From Macrostomum lignano (lineage: Eukaryota): DNA of 64,000 nt. The notes beneath the pieces are model-generated. The model made no database searches. It was not told the DNA's origin and saw only the letters and a program-made list of their open reading frames with translations. Positions 11,405-23,700 of this stretch are shown here, in pieces. The first letter of the stretch is position 1, and each line of letters starts with the position of its first letter. The position numbers were made by a program, and so were the translations under genes. The stretch spans positions 1 through 64,000 of the forward strand of contig NIVC01001325.1 of the NCBI GenBank assembly GCA_002269645.1, written 5' to 3'.

Positions 11405-13849
11405 ATGCCGCTGTTTGGTAGAAAATCTGTTGAGCCAGAGCGCCAGCGGAAGCGTATCTACTCGGAAGAGGAGATCAAGGAGAGGCTTGAGTCGATGGAT
11501 CCCGATATGCAGGTAGGGTTAAAGGTACCAAAACCGAAATGTGGCAAAAAACGCCCACACTAACTATATCGTATTTAAATCCCTAACCCAAACGCCTGGA
11601 GTATTGGTAAATACTTGAATTTTCAATAGAAGTAGACATGCTTAAAGGACTTGCTTAAACCACAGCGCATCAACGTATGGACTTTTTGCTAACGGGAGCT
11701 AGGCCGGGAGGCATGGAGAATTGTCCTAAGAAACGCTGCTCAAGCTTCGAACCAAATAATTAGGCCTACTCCACAGCCAAGGTAATGGAAAGCAATCGAA
11801 CCCCCCGATCCTCTATTCCATCGTAGAATACGTTCATACGCATGGCCGAGATGCTCATGCACAAGGAGTCGCAAATGTTTCTGGACATTGTGGCCAAATC
11901 GCGTCAGGACATCCGGGAGGTTGGCGACTCGATCAAGGAGGAGCAGGACGTGCTGAAAACTACCGCAAAGGTTTTGGGTAAGTAATCTGAGTTTACTAGC
12001 TCCATTTCAGGAAATTTTCCACTCACAGGAAGTAGATCGCTCCGGCATTTCTGTCGACTTCTTGGTTACCATGGCAACTAATGCATGAGTGTCTGCTTGA
12101 AATAGGCTTGTATAGCTAGCTGTTCTATGCTGACTATGCGCTTGTTTTTCCATTGTTCATTCAAACCATCTTTTTTGCAGCCTTTTCTGATCATTTCATT
12201 CGATTTGCCACGTTCTAAAAATAAGCAAAATCGACGATACATATGCATTAAAAAGTATGCACTCGCATTAATTTTTTATCAAAATGCCTGTGTAGAAGGA
12301 GTATTTCCAACAGAATTGAAAAGTTACCATGACCCGCCACGACGAATCAATTACTCACCAGCGCGAGAACGCGGTGGCGCCGAGAGTCTCGAATACGCCG
12401 ACATAGACGAAGAGGACGCTCAGACCAAGGTCCACTTTGAGAGCGAGTACAACAAGAAGGTTGTGCAGGACTACCTAAAAGCCGTTGGCAGAGACGTGCC
12501 AAATAAAACTACCGAGGTGCAAAAACGGCGCAACTACCGGCTCAAGATGCAGGAGGGTGGCGCCGGGGCGTCCTACGTGCCCGAGTACGCGCGCCGCGTC
12601 GGCTCGGAGGCCAGCAACTTCGACCAGCGGCCTTACACTGCCAGCAGCTCCGGGTCGCGGCCAGGCACCGCCTACCGAATGCGGATGAGCCGACCGGGCG
12701 AGGACGAAGGTGCCTCGGCGATGGCCTCGGCCAGTTGGCAGAGCACCGCGACTCCGCCGCAGCGGGAGCGCACGATGGAGGAGGACGCCAAGGTTAAGGA
12801 AGAAAAAGAAGAACTAATGGAGCAAATGAAGATGATGGACGACATGATGCAGGGCGAGAAGGCGCGTCAACAGGAGGCGCTACAGGCGCGCAAAGAAGCT
12901 CGAAAGGCTCGTAAAGAAAAAAAGAAAGCTGACGAAGAGACACAGGCCATGGAACTGATGGAGAGCAACCAAGAGGCTGAAGAACAGTAAGATATTTTTT
13001 ATCCGTTTAATTTATCGGCATCAGTTTGTTATGCGAATCAAAAGCCTACTTTGCAGATGTAGCTCGTATATGCAATCAATTTCAAACGTTCACGTCCCGA
13101 ACATTTTGAAAATTTGGAGTTGCTAGACTTTCAGCAGCCTGATGTGCTACTCTACAGGAAATGTAACGGGATGTAGGAAAAATACATTTGTGTTGGTGAG
13201 ACTGAACTATTGTTCGACATAACACTAAAAAACTTTCATTATCAAATCAAACCTCATTGCCAGAAAGCGCAAAAATAAAGAGCGGCAGGAGCAGATTCTG
13301 AAGGAGCGCCTAGCCAAGAAGCGCCTCGAGCGACGCAAAACGCTGCAGGACATTGCGGCTGAGGAACCGGCCGAAGCTGAGGGTGGCAGCCACGTACCCG
13401 CCGAGGAGCGCGCTCAAGAACTGGAGCGCGAGCTGGGCATCACGCGCGCCAAGACTAGCATAGTTAACGAGGGCGAAGCGGCCTCTGGCGCGAAGGAGAC
13501 AAAGAAAAAAGGCAAAAAGAAGCAGGCAGCGGAGGACGCGGCACCGCCTCCGCCACCAGTTGAAGCCAATTGGGACGTCACCGAAGACGCGGCCAAAAAG
13601 ACGACGAAGAAGAAGAAAGGCAAGAAAGCGGAGGCCGAGGCCGAGGTTGTAGAAGAAGCGGCCACTCAGCCTGGCGACGATGACGGCAAGAAAAAGAAGA
13701 AGAAGAAAGCTGCAGCAACGCCGGTGGAGGCGCCGGGTGCCGATGACACGGTCCTGAACCTTGACGTCGACGGGCCCTCGGAGCGCAAGAAGAAGGGGAA
13801 GAAAAAGAAGCTGTCTGAGGATTTGGATCTCACGGTGTCGGAGGTCTGA
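11405..13849 (+). CDS. Uncharacterised Lys/Glu-rich coiled-coil protein (~510 aa); exons 11405-11512, 11827-11977, 12296-12986, 13264-13849
   Basis: Canonical splice sites (cag|gtaggg, g|gtaagt, ca|gtaaga; acceptors cgtag, tgtag, gccag) with consistent phases 0/1/2 give one open frame MPLFGRKSVEPERQRKRIYSEEEIKERL...SEDLDLTVSEV*. GC-rich codon usage like the other exons. No family recognised. Confidence 0.8.
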
Positions 13850-15014
13850 CTGAGAGTGTGACAGAGTTGAAAATGCTTCTAGTCTATAATATGCTCTCCT
13901 AACCAAAGTTTACTGGTCTGATTATTTCAAAATCCTTCATCATGTTAACTTCTTCATCAATCAGAAGCTGCGCTCGATATTTGAGAATTGAATTTTCCCC
14001 AAATTCAACAGCTGACATACTGTGTTATGTAAAGCTATTATGGCCTTACGCTGATTAATTATGGAGCAGAGTAATAACGTTACACGTAGCGCTTGCCTAT
14101 GTACTTGTAAGAGGAAATCTGGGATTGAAATTTTGCCTTTTTAACAAAGATATACTTGAACTCTAGAACTTGGTAAACTATCTTTTCAAAGCTGTTAATT
14201 CTCCGCAGAGGTTCCTTGAATTATTGTAGCTACTTTCACCTATTATATGAGCTGTAATAAGTGCATAACGCATACACTGTATATGCATTCAAGCCAAGTA
14301 CGGGCTATATTGGAATCTTTCTTCTGGATGTCGCTTCATCATCCTCACAATGTCAAGGTAGTTATTCCTGAGTGGCATAATCTATTACGTATGATTGAAA
14401 TATATTCATTTTAGTATCGCTATGCATACTCTTGCTCTACGACTGAATCCTTGTCTATCTATGTACACCAATATTACAATATACTGAGTATAACTAATTT
14501 ATTTCTGTTAAATAACAGCAGCACTTTGTAATGCTAGCAAACAAGCAAGCAGACGAACGAACGAACGAACAATCAAACAAACCAAACAGACAAACAAACA
14601 AAGCAAAAAAGAAATAAGCAAGTTCGTAGCTATATTCTTAGCAAATTGATGTAGTAATTCTGTATAATAAAACAAGTTAAAACACCTTCAGATTGCGAAA
14701 AAGAAAGTAATAAAAGTGTATAAATGTTTTAGTACATTGTACGTCAATCATATGAGAAAGCAACTTTGCGATACTTCTGTATTTAAAAAAGATATGCGTG
14801 CTGGTACTTCTGAGGACATCTGCATTGACAAAGGTTATAAGTTTGTTAAAGTTTAGTTTGGCATCTTTGGTTTTGTTCTACCTTCTGCAAATGAGCACAA
14901 AATCAACCTCCCTCGTTAGGGGGCCACCGCAATTAAAGATAAGTTTTAACAATAAATAATTCCTTTATAAGACGCGCCAGCAGTTCCTGACTGTGTCGTC
15001 AGTTTTGCAGCCAA

Positions 15015-15677
15015 TCAGATGTCTGGCAGCATGCCCGCGGGTCGTTGCCACGGGTTACAGCCGCCGAAACCTTGCATGGACAGGACGCTGCTCATTTCGC
15101 CTCCGTTGCAGCTGCCTCCGTTACTGTCGCCGCCAAAGCCACAACACATCCCGGAGCCGCTGTTGAAGCCGCCACCGTCCGAACAGACAGACTGCATTTG
15201 CATGCCGAACTGCATGTCGCCTGCCGCCATCGGCATCTGCATCGGCCAGCCACCTGCCTGCATGCCGTCGAACCCGCCAGACTGTGCCATTCCACAGCAG
15301 CCCATTACGTTGCACATTCCACCGCTGCCGCCATCGCCAAGTAGCTCATTATCGTCAGGCTGCTCTTGCTGCTCTTGCTGCATCATAATAAAGTTATTCG
15401 GCGTCATCAGATTCATCTCTGACATAAACTGCTGCTCCTGTTGCTGCGGCTGCAGCTGAAACTGCTCCAGCAGGTTCTGCTGCTGATATTGATCAGAGCC
15501 GAAGCTATCGTTGGCGTAGAACTGCTGCGGAAACATCAACGCGGAGTCGGCGGAGTACTGCTGAGTTCCCTGTGATACGCAGCCATCGTTTTCATTGCCG
15601 CCGCAGCCTACTCCGTTGTAAGCTCCGTCGCCGCACTGAAAGCTTAACCCTAGATTGTAGTTCCACGGCTGTTGCAT
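15015..15677 (-). CDS. Single-exon low-complexity Gln/Gly/Met/Cys-rich protein (220 aa)
   Basis: ATG-to-stop ORF standing out as a GC-rich island in AT-rich flanks; not a simple tandem repeat; no recognisable domain. Confidence 0.6.
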   Translation of the reverse strand: MQQPWNYNLGLSFQCGDGAYNGVGCGGNENDGCVSQGTQQYSADSALMFPQQFYANDSFGSDQYQQQNLLEQFQLQPQQQEQQFMSEMNLMTPNNFIMMQQEQQEQPDDNELLGDGGSGGMCNVMGCCGMAQSGGFDGMQAGGWPMQMPMAAGDMQFGMQMQSVCSDGGGFNSGSGMCCGFGGDSNGGSCNGGEMSSVLSMQGFGGCNPWQRPAGMLPDI

Positions 15678-17413
15678 ATTGATTAGCCAGATATACTATT
15701 TTGTTGCAGTTTTAATAATCAGCTTTTCCTTTAGCTTAAAAGCTTCTTAGTTCAAGGTAACTGTAAAGTGAATGGTGTAATCGTCAAGTTTGATTGTTAA
15801 CACAGACTAGCGCGGAAACAGCATATGCGAGTTCGACCATAGACTGAAAACTGCGATAATTTGAAAGCGACTACGTCAGAGAGTATTGAGGTCGCCTAGT
15901 ACTCAAACTCAATACTCTTTGAACTACGTAGTGCAGTATGCGTTAATTGATTAATTTGATTAAATTAATGAAATCAAAAGTTTGAAGCGGACTATAATCT
16001 GGCAAAAAAGCCAGTAAATTATATTAGACGGCTGATGCAAAGGCGCAGAAGTGGCCAAACCAGATGCGTCGCCACGGGGGGATTGACAGGGGTGATATGT
16101 TCCCCCAAGTAAAAGCTACACGTACATGTATATGGAGGGACCATTCTAAATATTGTGCCCGTGCGCTTGCCCTGCCAAAGTGCACTCTCTGCCCCCCCCC
16201 CACGCGGCATACCGTATTTGTTTTGGTGTTATATGCTCAGCGGTTTAAGCCGCTTAGCTGCCATTGTGTTTGTCTGCGCGCTGGTTGGCTGAGCCGCCCT
16301 GTCTGGCCCTCACCCCGGGCTGCCCCTCCCCCAGCTGCGCCGTGATTGGCCGGTGGGTGGCTGGGCTGGGGTGGTGGGGCGGGGGTGGGGTGGGGGGCCG
16401 GCCACGGGTGGGTCGTGGCCTTTAAAGGCGCGGCCGGGGCGGGTGGCTGCCCGCTCGTGTGTTTTCTGCGCTCTCCAACGCAGGCCTGGAACGCCGACTA
16501 CCGTTTCTCTAGACCGTCCCCCCTACCACACAAACAATAAACATTGACCGTCGGGTCTGCCAGCCGCGAACAGACTTCAGCTGCAATTAATTGACCTCAC
16601 GCGCAAGGGCGAGCTGTAGCAGGGGCAGTCCGTGTGTCCTGACGCCGACTAAGGGGGGACTAGGCCGTAGTCAGCCAGGCACCACCCTGAACCGTAAGCC
16701 CGCTGTACGTAGACGCCAGCTCGTGCGCCCTGACGCCCTGCTGAAGGTGGTCGACATCACAGCGTCCCTATACGCGTGTGCCGGCCACTTGGGTGCGTCC
16801 TGACGCCCCAGACTTAGGGTCCCGTGCGGACATTCGCGCCCTGACGCAGGCCAGCACAGGCCTGCGTACTCTGACATTCGTACATGTAGGCGCACCCCTC
16901 CTGAGAGTCGTGAGTACAACATAATGCATAATTCCCTCACCACACCTGTGGCCCGTTCTGGAATTCAAAAATTTTGCTTTATGGCGCTCAAATATAGCGC
17001 CTGCGGCGCCAATTAAGTACACCTGCAACGCCAAAATGAGTGCCTGCCTGCTACGACGCAAAAATGAGTGCTACTACCATTACACCGTTTGGCAAATGAT
17101 GTACATGTAGGAATAGAGTAATTTACATGTACATGTAAAATTCATGGCTTTTTCCCCCACCATAAAATCCATGGCGACGACGCCGCTGCTGGGCCAAAAT
17201 TTTACACGTACGTAAACCAATACAGTGGACACAATTGCTTTACAAATGCCTTTGAATTTACTCTAAAGCATATGAAATTCACAACGAAGATTTAGAGCGC
17301 AGTGTATAATGGGAGTGATTATATTGCTTAATGAGGCACACTAAAATTTAGGATAAAAAATTAATAAAAATGTAGAATTTTTATATTTTGGCGAACCCAA
17401 AGGCCGCCACTTT

Positions 17414-17668
17414 GGGCCTTTTCATATTGCTTGCTCTGGTTCCAGAACCAGAACCAATTTGTGAAGTATAACTTTTTGTCTCCATAACAAGAGGGAGATA
17501 CGTGCTATAAAGTTTTTATTATTGATTGACAATCGCCAAAAGTGAAAAATTGTGCTAAGTTAGGTTGCTAAGGCAGTCAAATATTAAAAGAGTTTAATAG
17601 TTATACTGCTGTTTTTCTTGGAATTCCGAACCGATTCTGGTTCTGGAATTGGTAATATGAAAAGGCCC
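17414..17668. mobile_element. 255-bp MITE, PIF/Harbinger-like termini
   Basis: Left end gggccttttcatatt...ttccagaaccagaa is mirrored by ttctggttctggaa...aatatgaaaaggccc; ttt flanks both ends (17411-17413, 17669-17671), a candidate 3-bp TSD. Confidence 0.75.
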
Positions 17669-18638
17669 TTTGAAAATGAATGGCGCTCACAAATGACAAA
17701 AATATTCGAAATCTAGTGAAAGAATAAATGATTGAAGAATGAAAAGGGCGAAGTGAGTTGCCCTGTTTGTGCTCCTAGCAGATTAGAATATTGGTGCACA
17801 GTTTCTAGTTTATATTCAGCATTATATCTTTTGAAGTCCTGATTGTTTTTTGTTATAGCAAGAAAATTTGTGAATAAAAATTTAAAAGCAGTTTTTACTA
17901 TATTTTTCGACACGTTAAACGGAAAATTATCATCATCGTCATAACGCGACAAAGATCGATGTTTACTTATTTCAGTTATTTTTACTTACTTAATACGTTA
18001 TTGCTGGATTTACTTCACATCTAAGACTGAATCTTTATAATGTCGATTATTGATTAAGAATGTGCTTAGCCTGTTCAGATACGTCTAACCTTTTTCTTAT
18101 TATTGTTTTCAATAAAAAAGGACTCTCGGACTATGTAGACTTTCAAAGTTTTTTTCTATTCCATTTAATAAATCTTATTTGCCTGAGTAGAAAGACACCT
18201 TAATTTTAAAAAGTAATAAGTAAAAAGGTTAAAAACTTTTGTGTTTAACATTTTGATTTGAACATTTTGTAGGCATTTTGTAAGTGTAAGGCATTTTTCC
18301 TGTTGCCTAGGCCTGATAGAGCTTTTTCAGCAAGCACTATGTCTATGATCATTTTTTGCCCAAAAAAATTGTTATAAGGTTCTAATACTTTTTAAATAAC
18401 TGTCTTATTCTGGCTGGGTTTATTTTTGTGCGCAAAGCCAGTTAATTTGGCAATAAGGCCAAGGCAATAGGTTGACTTGCAATAGGCAATTTGGCAATAG
18501 GCCTAGTCAGTTTGGCAACATATGATGGGGCAGTAATTTGGTTAAAACAGGGCAGTAATTTGGTTGCATTGCGTTTGAGTTCACATTTTTATTCGGATTT
18601 GAGACTATTGTTTTACTAGGCTTATAATAAAACAAATA

Positions 18639-18951
18639 TACTCAATATTAAAAAGTCGCCACCTTTGATAGGCCTAGTGCACAATTGATAATGAAGATTT
18701 TAGCTCAGGATGGTATTGACTTTTGAGTGACACAACTTGCGCCATGCAACACAAAGCTGGGCTAGGTGACAAGAGATTGGGAAAAGCAGTAGGCAAAGAT
18801 TGGATATAGATTAAAGCTTCCGCTTGGTTTCCATTGTTTTTTCAATTTCAAGCAATTTTTAATATCAAAGTGGTTGGCTGGGTGATAGATGCTGGTCGAA
18901 AGACATGGCTCACTAGGATAAAAGGTGGCGACTTTTCAATGTTGCTGAGTA
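18639..18951. mobile_element. ~310-bp MITE with TA flanks (Tc1/mariner-like)
   Basis: ta|tactca...aaaagtcgccacctt...cctagtg at the left is mirrored by cactagg...aaggtggcgactttt...tgagta|ta at the right. Confidence 0.65.
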
Positions 18952-20075
18952 TAAATGTTTGTTGCTTACTATTGTCTAGTCTTGTGCCACTATGCATAAC
19001 CTATAGCTATTATCATAGGCCTAGATTTTGAGGCCACAGCTTAGCAAGCTGTCAGATAGCAAGTTTGCAGATGCTTTCTACTTAGAGGCTATTTTTCATT
19101 ATATACCTATATAATGTATATAAGGTATATAATACAATGAACTAGGACCTTGACTAGGTTAGATCGTTGCAGTGACAACTTCAATAGATACTGTTACTAT
19201 AAGTTTTACTTTCTTAAATTTACTTGTGCCTGACTTTAATAATCCATGTGTCACAAATTAATGTTGCTGCTGTTTCTTCTAGTATTGCAATATATATATT
19301 AATATATTAAGCGGAATATATATATTGTAGAGACTCCGGCGAGCTCCGAGTAGCGTGGTTGAAACTAGAAAAAACGTACATTTAGCACCTACTTCAAACA
19401 GAAAACTAAGATAGAAAAAATATGACTGTGTAAAAACTGAAATACACAATAAAAAGCACAATAAATGTACTTCAAAATGAGTGCTCAAACAGCTTCTAAA
19501 GTCGATCAGAGACAAAGTTATGGACAGTTAAAGTTTCATCATTTTTGCATTCCCATGCAAAATGAAGCCTATTTTACGGTAAAAATCGTGACTTTGGAAA
19601 GTCTAATTTTTAATAACGAAATGACCGTTTTAAACAAAAATAATCAATATAAAAGCAATCTAGGCATAATTAAGTATCATTTTATGTAAATTTCAGAAGA
19701 AAAAAATATTCCCTGTTGCCTACAGGGGTAGTCCAAATTTTTTTCTTCGATTTCTTTGTATCATCCGATTGCTGCACGGAATTCAAATGTAAATTTCTTT
19801 ATTCTTTGTTGCAAGTGGAAGGACATGCAGAAAACCGTTTGGGATTACCTAGTCGCGCATTGCTACTAAGTTGATTCAAAGATCATAGTAAAATCAAAGT
19901 AAATGTCTATTTAAAATATATTTTTTATTTTTTTTGAGAAAAAAAGAGACGCACAAATACAGTTGATATTGACTTTCATACATAATTGCATGACAAGTGT
20001 GAGGAATGAAAGTTCCTTCTGACAACTGACCGCGCACTTAGAAATATGAGCATCAATATGTTTCAGCGAGATTCA

Positions 20076-20138
20076 GGTAAACGGCAGGAGTAACTATGAC
20101 TTTCAGTGCAAATGCAATTGCATCGTCACCTTATTAGT
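20076..20138 (+). other. Degenerate 28S rRNA fragment (helix 69-71 region), copy 1
   Basis: ggtaaacggcaggagtaactatgact and tgcatcgtcaccttattagt match the conserved eukaryotic LSU string GGTAAACGGCGGGAGTAACTATGACT...TGCCTCGTCATCTAATTAGT; the centre is scrambled; no other rDNA nearby. Confidence 0.7.
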
Positions 20139-20731
20139 AGGAAAAATGAACATTTTTAAACTGTATTTTGTAAGTTAATTGCACTATGAAGTCAATACAC
20201 ACTGTCTTGAAATTCATTTCCATGATAACCATTACAACTGCTGTCTTCAAGATGTGTACTCTTCTATTCTATGTACACATTGTACATGGGGGTCATATGA
20301 GAGGCTTCCGTTGGAAAGCTGCTGGATATCAGACCCCAGCATAGTGATCCCAACAAGCGACCCCTGGCATTCGTCTGGTCAACGATGCAAACTCTCAAAA
20401 ATGTATGGTATGTATGGTACAGAGTACCGTGGAACTGTTGCAATAGGTTTATGCCTGTGCAATAAAAGCAGGTAGGTGATTTTTTATATGGCATTGAAAA
20501 GCAGCCATTTTGTTTGAATGTCTTCTGACTTATGCAGCTACTGAGTTAGCTAGATTCTTCATTGTAATAATGAGTGATTATTTTGGGTGCAAACTCTGAA
20601 GACTTAACATGCAAATACTAGCCTAGGTGCTAATCTGTGTGGGAGATAGTACATAATATGAATCTCAGGCAACTACGTTTTGTGAACAGACCAAGCTGTG
20701 CTTGAAAAACTTTGTTAAACAATGAATACAC

Positions 20732-23700
20732 TTAGTCATCATCATCATCATAATCGTCATCGTCATCAGAGAGAACATTCAATTCGCCAGCCAGGTAGTC
20801 CTTGTTGAGGTCATAGGTGTACTCCCCTTCAAAATCATCGAACACAACCTTGAACTCCTGGCTGAGAATGTCCCTGCTCTGGCAGGTTGATGGCAGTCGC
20901 TGGAGGACGTGGCCTGGTATCCAGTCCTCCCCATCTGTGAAGCAGAACTTCATCTCGATTCTTCTGCTCACCAGATCGGGGAGGTTGGCCAGCGTCCGCT
21001 GATTGGTGGTCTCGTCAATGGCGTCGCCCTCATCCTCGTGTCTTCTTCCTCGTCCTCGTCCTCGTCCTCCTCCTTGACCTCGTCCTCCTCCTTGACCTCG
21101 ACCTCGTCCTTGACCTCGACCTCGTCCTTGACCTCGACCTCGTCCGCGTCCGCGACCGCCGCCTCGTCCACCAAGGCCAGGCCCAGCTTGAGCAGCCACA
21201 GCTCCTGCATCTTGAATCCGTTGACGACGCTGCAGCCTGTCAGCAATGGCAGTGCGGACTCGCTCCTTGCGCTCGCGAGCATCCAGGAGGCCGGACGGAG
21301 GCACGGTGGGCGCATCGGCACCCTTTTGCTGGTCCTGTAGTTCCACTATCTGCAGAACTTCACGCAGTTGGCTTCGCAGTTGAGGCACACTGCGCTTGAC
21401 ACCAGCCGCGGAGAAGTTGAGCAGGCTGGCCTTGTCCTTGGGCAGGTGGATCTCTACAAAATATTACATGAAACATAATTTTCATGCTAAGCAGTGAGCA
21501 AACAGACACATTTTTCTGCCCACACGTACTGGTCGCTTTGTGCAGTTGCAGCTGTGCTTTGATGGCCTTCTCGTGCTGGTCAGGGGCTAGTTGGTGCAGC
21601 ACAGCGTCCATCCTGGAGATGGTTGGCCAGAGTCCGCCGTAGGCCTCGATGACACGGAGAATGGATCGGATGCTCTCGGCGTTCGAGTCCTTCTTGCGCT
21701 GCTTTTCAGCTAGCTTGGCGCGGAGAATCTCCTGGCGGCAGCTGCGCAAGGCGTCGGCGCTCTCCTTCCCTCGCTTTTCGAGCTGAGGGACCAGCTTCCG
21801 TGCCCTGGTAAGAAGGAGGTCCTTCTCGCGCTCCGTCTTGTCGGCCAGCCACTCGGACGTGCAGTTATAGCCGAAGAGCACAAGCGACTCGCGCGCAAGA
21901 GGGCGCATGTTGGGCCTGTCTGCGACGCACTTATCCAGCATCCCGAAGCCTCGCTCGACTGCTACGTTGTCCTTAGGCGCAGATGAGACAAGCTGGGCAA
22001 CTTCTGGCGTGAGCTGCCGCAGAGTGCCCCCAGGCAGGTGGTCACGCACCTCTCTCTCTAGCAACACAAGCATGTGTGTCGCCATGATCTGAAGTGGTGT
22101 TTTAAAGTATAAAAGCTACAATCTATACATTCGTTAATGTTCATTGATACTGTACTGTACTTTGTGACTAATCAGCGCATTCATAATTCAAAACCCATAT
22201 TTACCTGCAGAGCCTGGCCGACAATCTCGTTCTCCAAGGCTGTCAGCTCAGACGTCAGCGCCGCCCAGATGTCCTGCAGCTGGATGTCCCGGAGAACCGT
22301 CTGGGCCAGTTCGGGAAATGGGCCAATCATGCTGCTGGCCACAGTAACGCCCTCGGACGATGACAGCTGGCGCAGCCAATTGCAAGCGCGCTCATAGCGT
22401 TCGTTCATGTCCGTGAGGGTCACGTCTCGGCAGCGCAGGAGCACCCACAGTGGCCGGATTAGCAGAACGTCAGCAATTCCGAGTGCACGGCAGCCACTCA
22501 GCAGCAAATCAGATGCCAAGTCAGCCTGCACTGCGATCAGCAGGCGGTTGCTGCAGGTGTACTCAGCCAGGAACTCGGACAGGCGGTCTCGCTGCCAGAA
22601 AATGTTTCCCCCGTTGGGAAATGTGATGTAGGCGCGGTTGCCACGGAAGTCGTCCAAACGAAGGGACGGTGCGCCCTTCGACTCCAGATACGTTTGAAGC
22701 GGAATCGCAACGCCACACTGTTCACTGCCCAGGGCATGGAACGCCTTGCAGACGGTGCGGATTAGACGCTGCGTGCCAGATTCAGCTTGGGACGGGCGGA
22801 AGCCAGGGAGGGCAGCAGATCCGACGGCCTCTGCAGCCATGCAAGTCTCCCACTCGCGCAGCGCAGCTTCTGCGGCAGCAGCAAGATTTACAATCACATG
22901 CATGCCGCAGAACAGTGCAGTCACAGGTGGAGGTGGGTTCACGCCTTGCTGGGTTGCCAGCTCCTGCCGCATCTCGTTGAGCAGTACGTTGAGGCACTTG
23001 TTGACCACGTGTCGGTCAGTCATTAGGAAGTTGACGCGTGCCAGTAGATTACACTTCAGGCGGCGTCTCTCTTCGTCGCTCGAGTGGGCAAGAACTACCG
23101 AGCAAAACAGATCGACCAGCTCTTCCACCGAGTAGTCCAGTTCGCGGGCGTAGATGTTCGCGGTGCCACCCTCGACCTCGCGAAGAGAAACAGCCATCGG
23201 GCGGCTGTCCCCAGTGTCAACCTATGAATGGTGCATATGTAATACAAAGCATATTGTGAATATAAAAGTTCATTCTTATTAACTAAAAGTTCTCTTTTTG
23301 TGAATATTAATAATAATAATTAATTATTAAATTCATTTCCTTCCTTTAAGTCCAATTATTTGTCAATATGCACGAAAATGCATTACTCAAGTTTACCTGG
23401 TAGGCGGCATAGTGTCGGCCCTTCTTGCTGGTAGCATCATGCAAGATCGTTATTGGTCGGTCCTCCTTTGCCCCCTGATGCAGCAGCTTCTCCATCGCGC
23501 TCGCCTTAGCTAGGCAGCTGCCAAGGCTGTAGCTCAAAGCACTGACCTGCGAACGCGACGGAAGCGCCAAGTTGCCGGCGTCGATGCCAACGAGGTCCGT
23601 GAGGACGCGTCGAATCGCTGGCTTGACGTGCTGCACAGGGACGTGGCAGTCCAGCACCAAGTGCATACAGGTGCTGATGACCTGGTTCGTGTACTGCTGT

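Noticed and set aside
13310-13906. 198-aa hydrophobic minus-strand ORF
   Set aside because: Antisense shadow of the Lys/Glu-rich plus-strand exon 13264-13849.
15019-15459. 146-aa Pro/Cys-rich plus-strand ORF
   Set aside because: Antisense of the longer minus-strand ORF, which spans the whole GC island from ATG to stop.
19721-19735. caggggtagtcc as the hAT-type terminus of the large transposon
   Set aside because: No matching inverted copy found on the other side of the gene.
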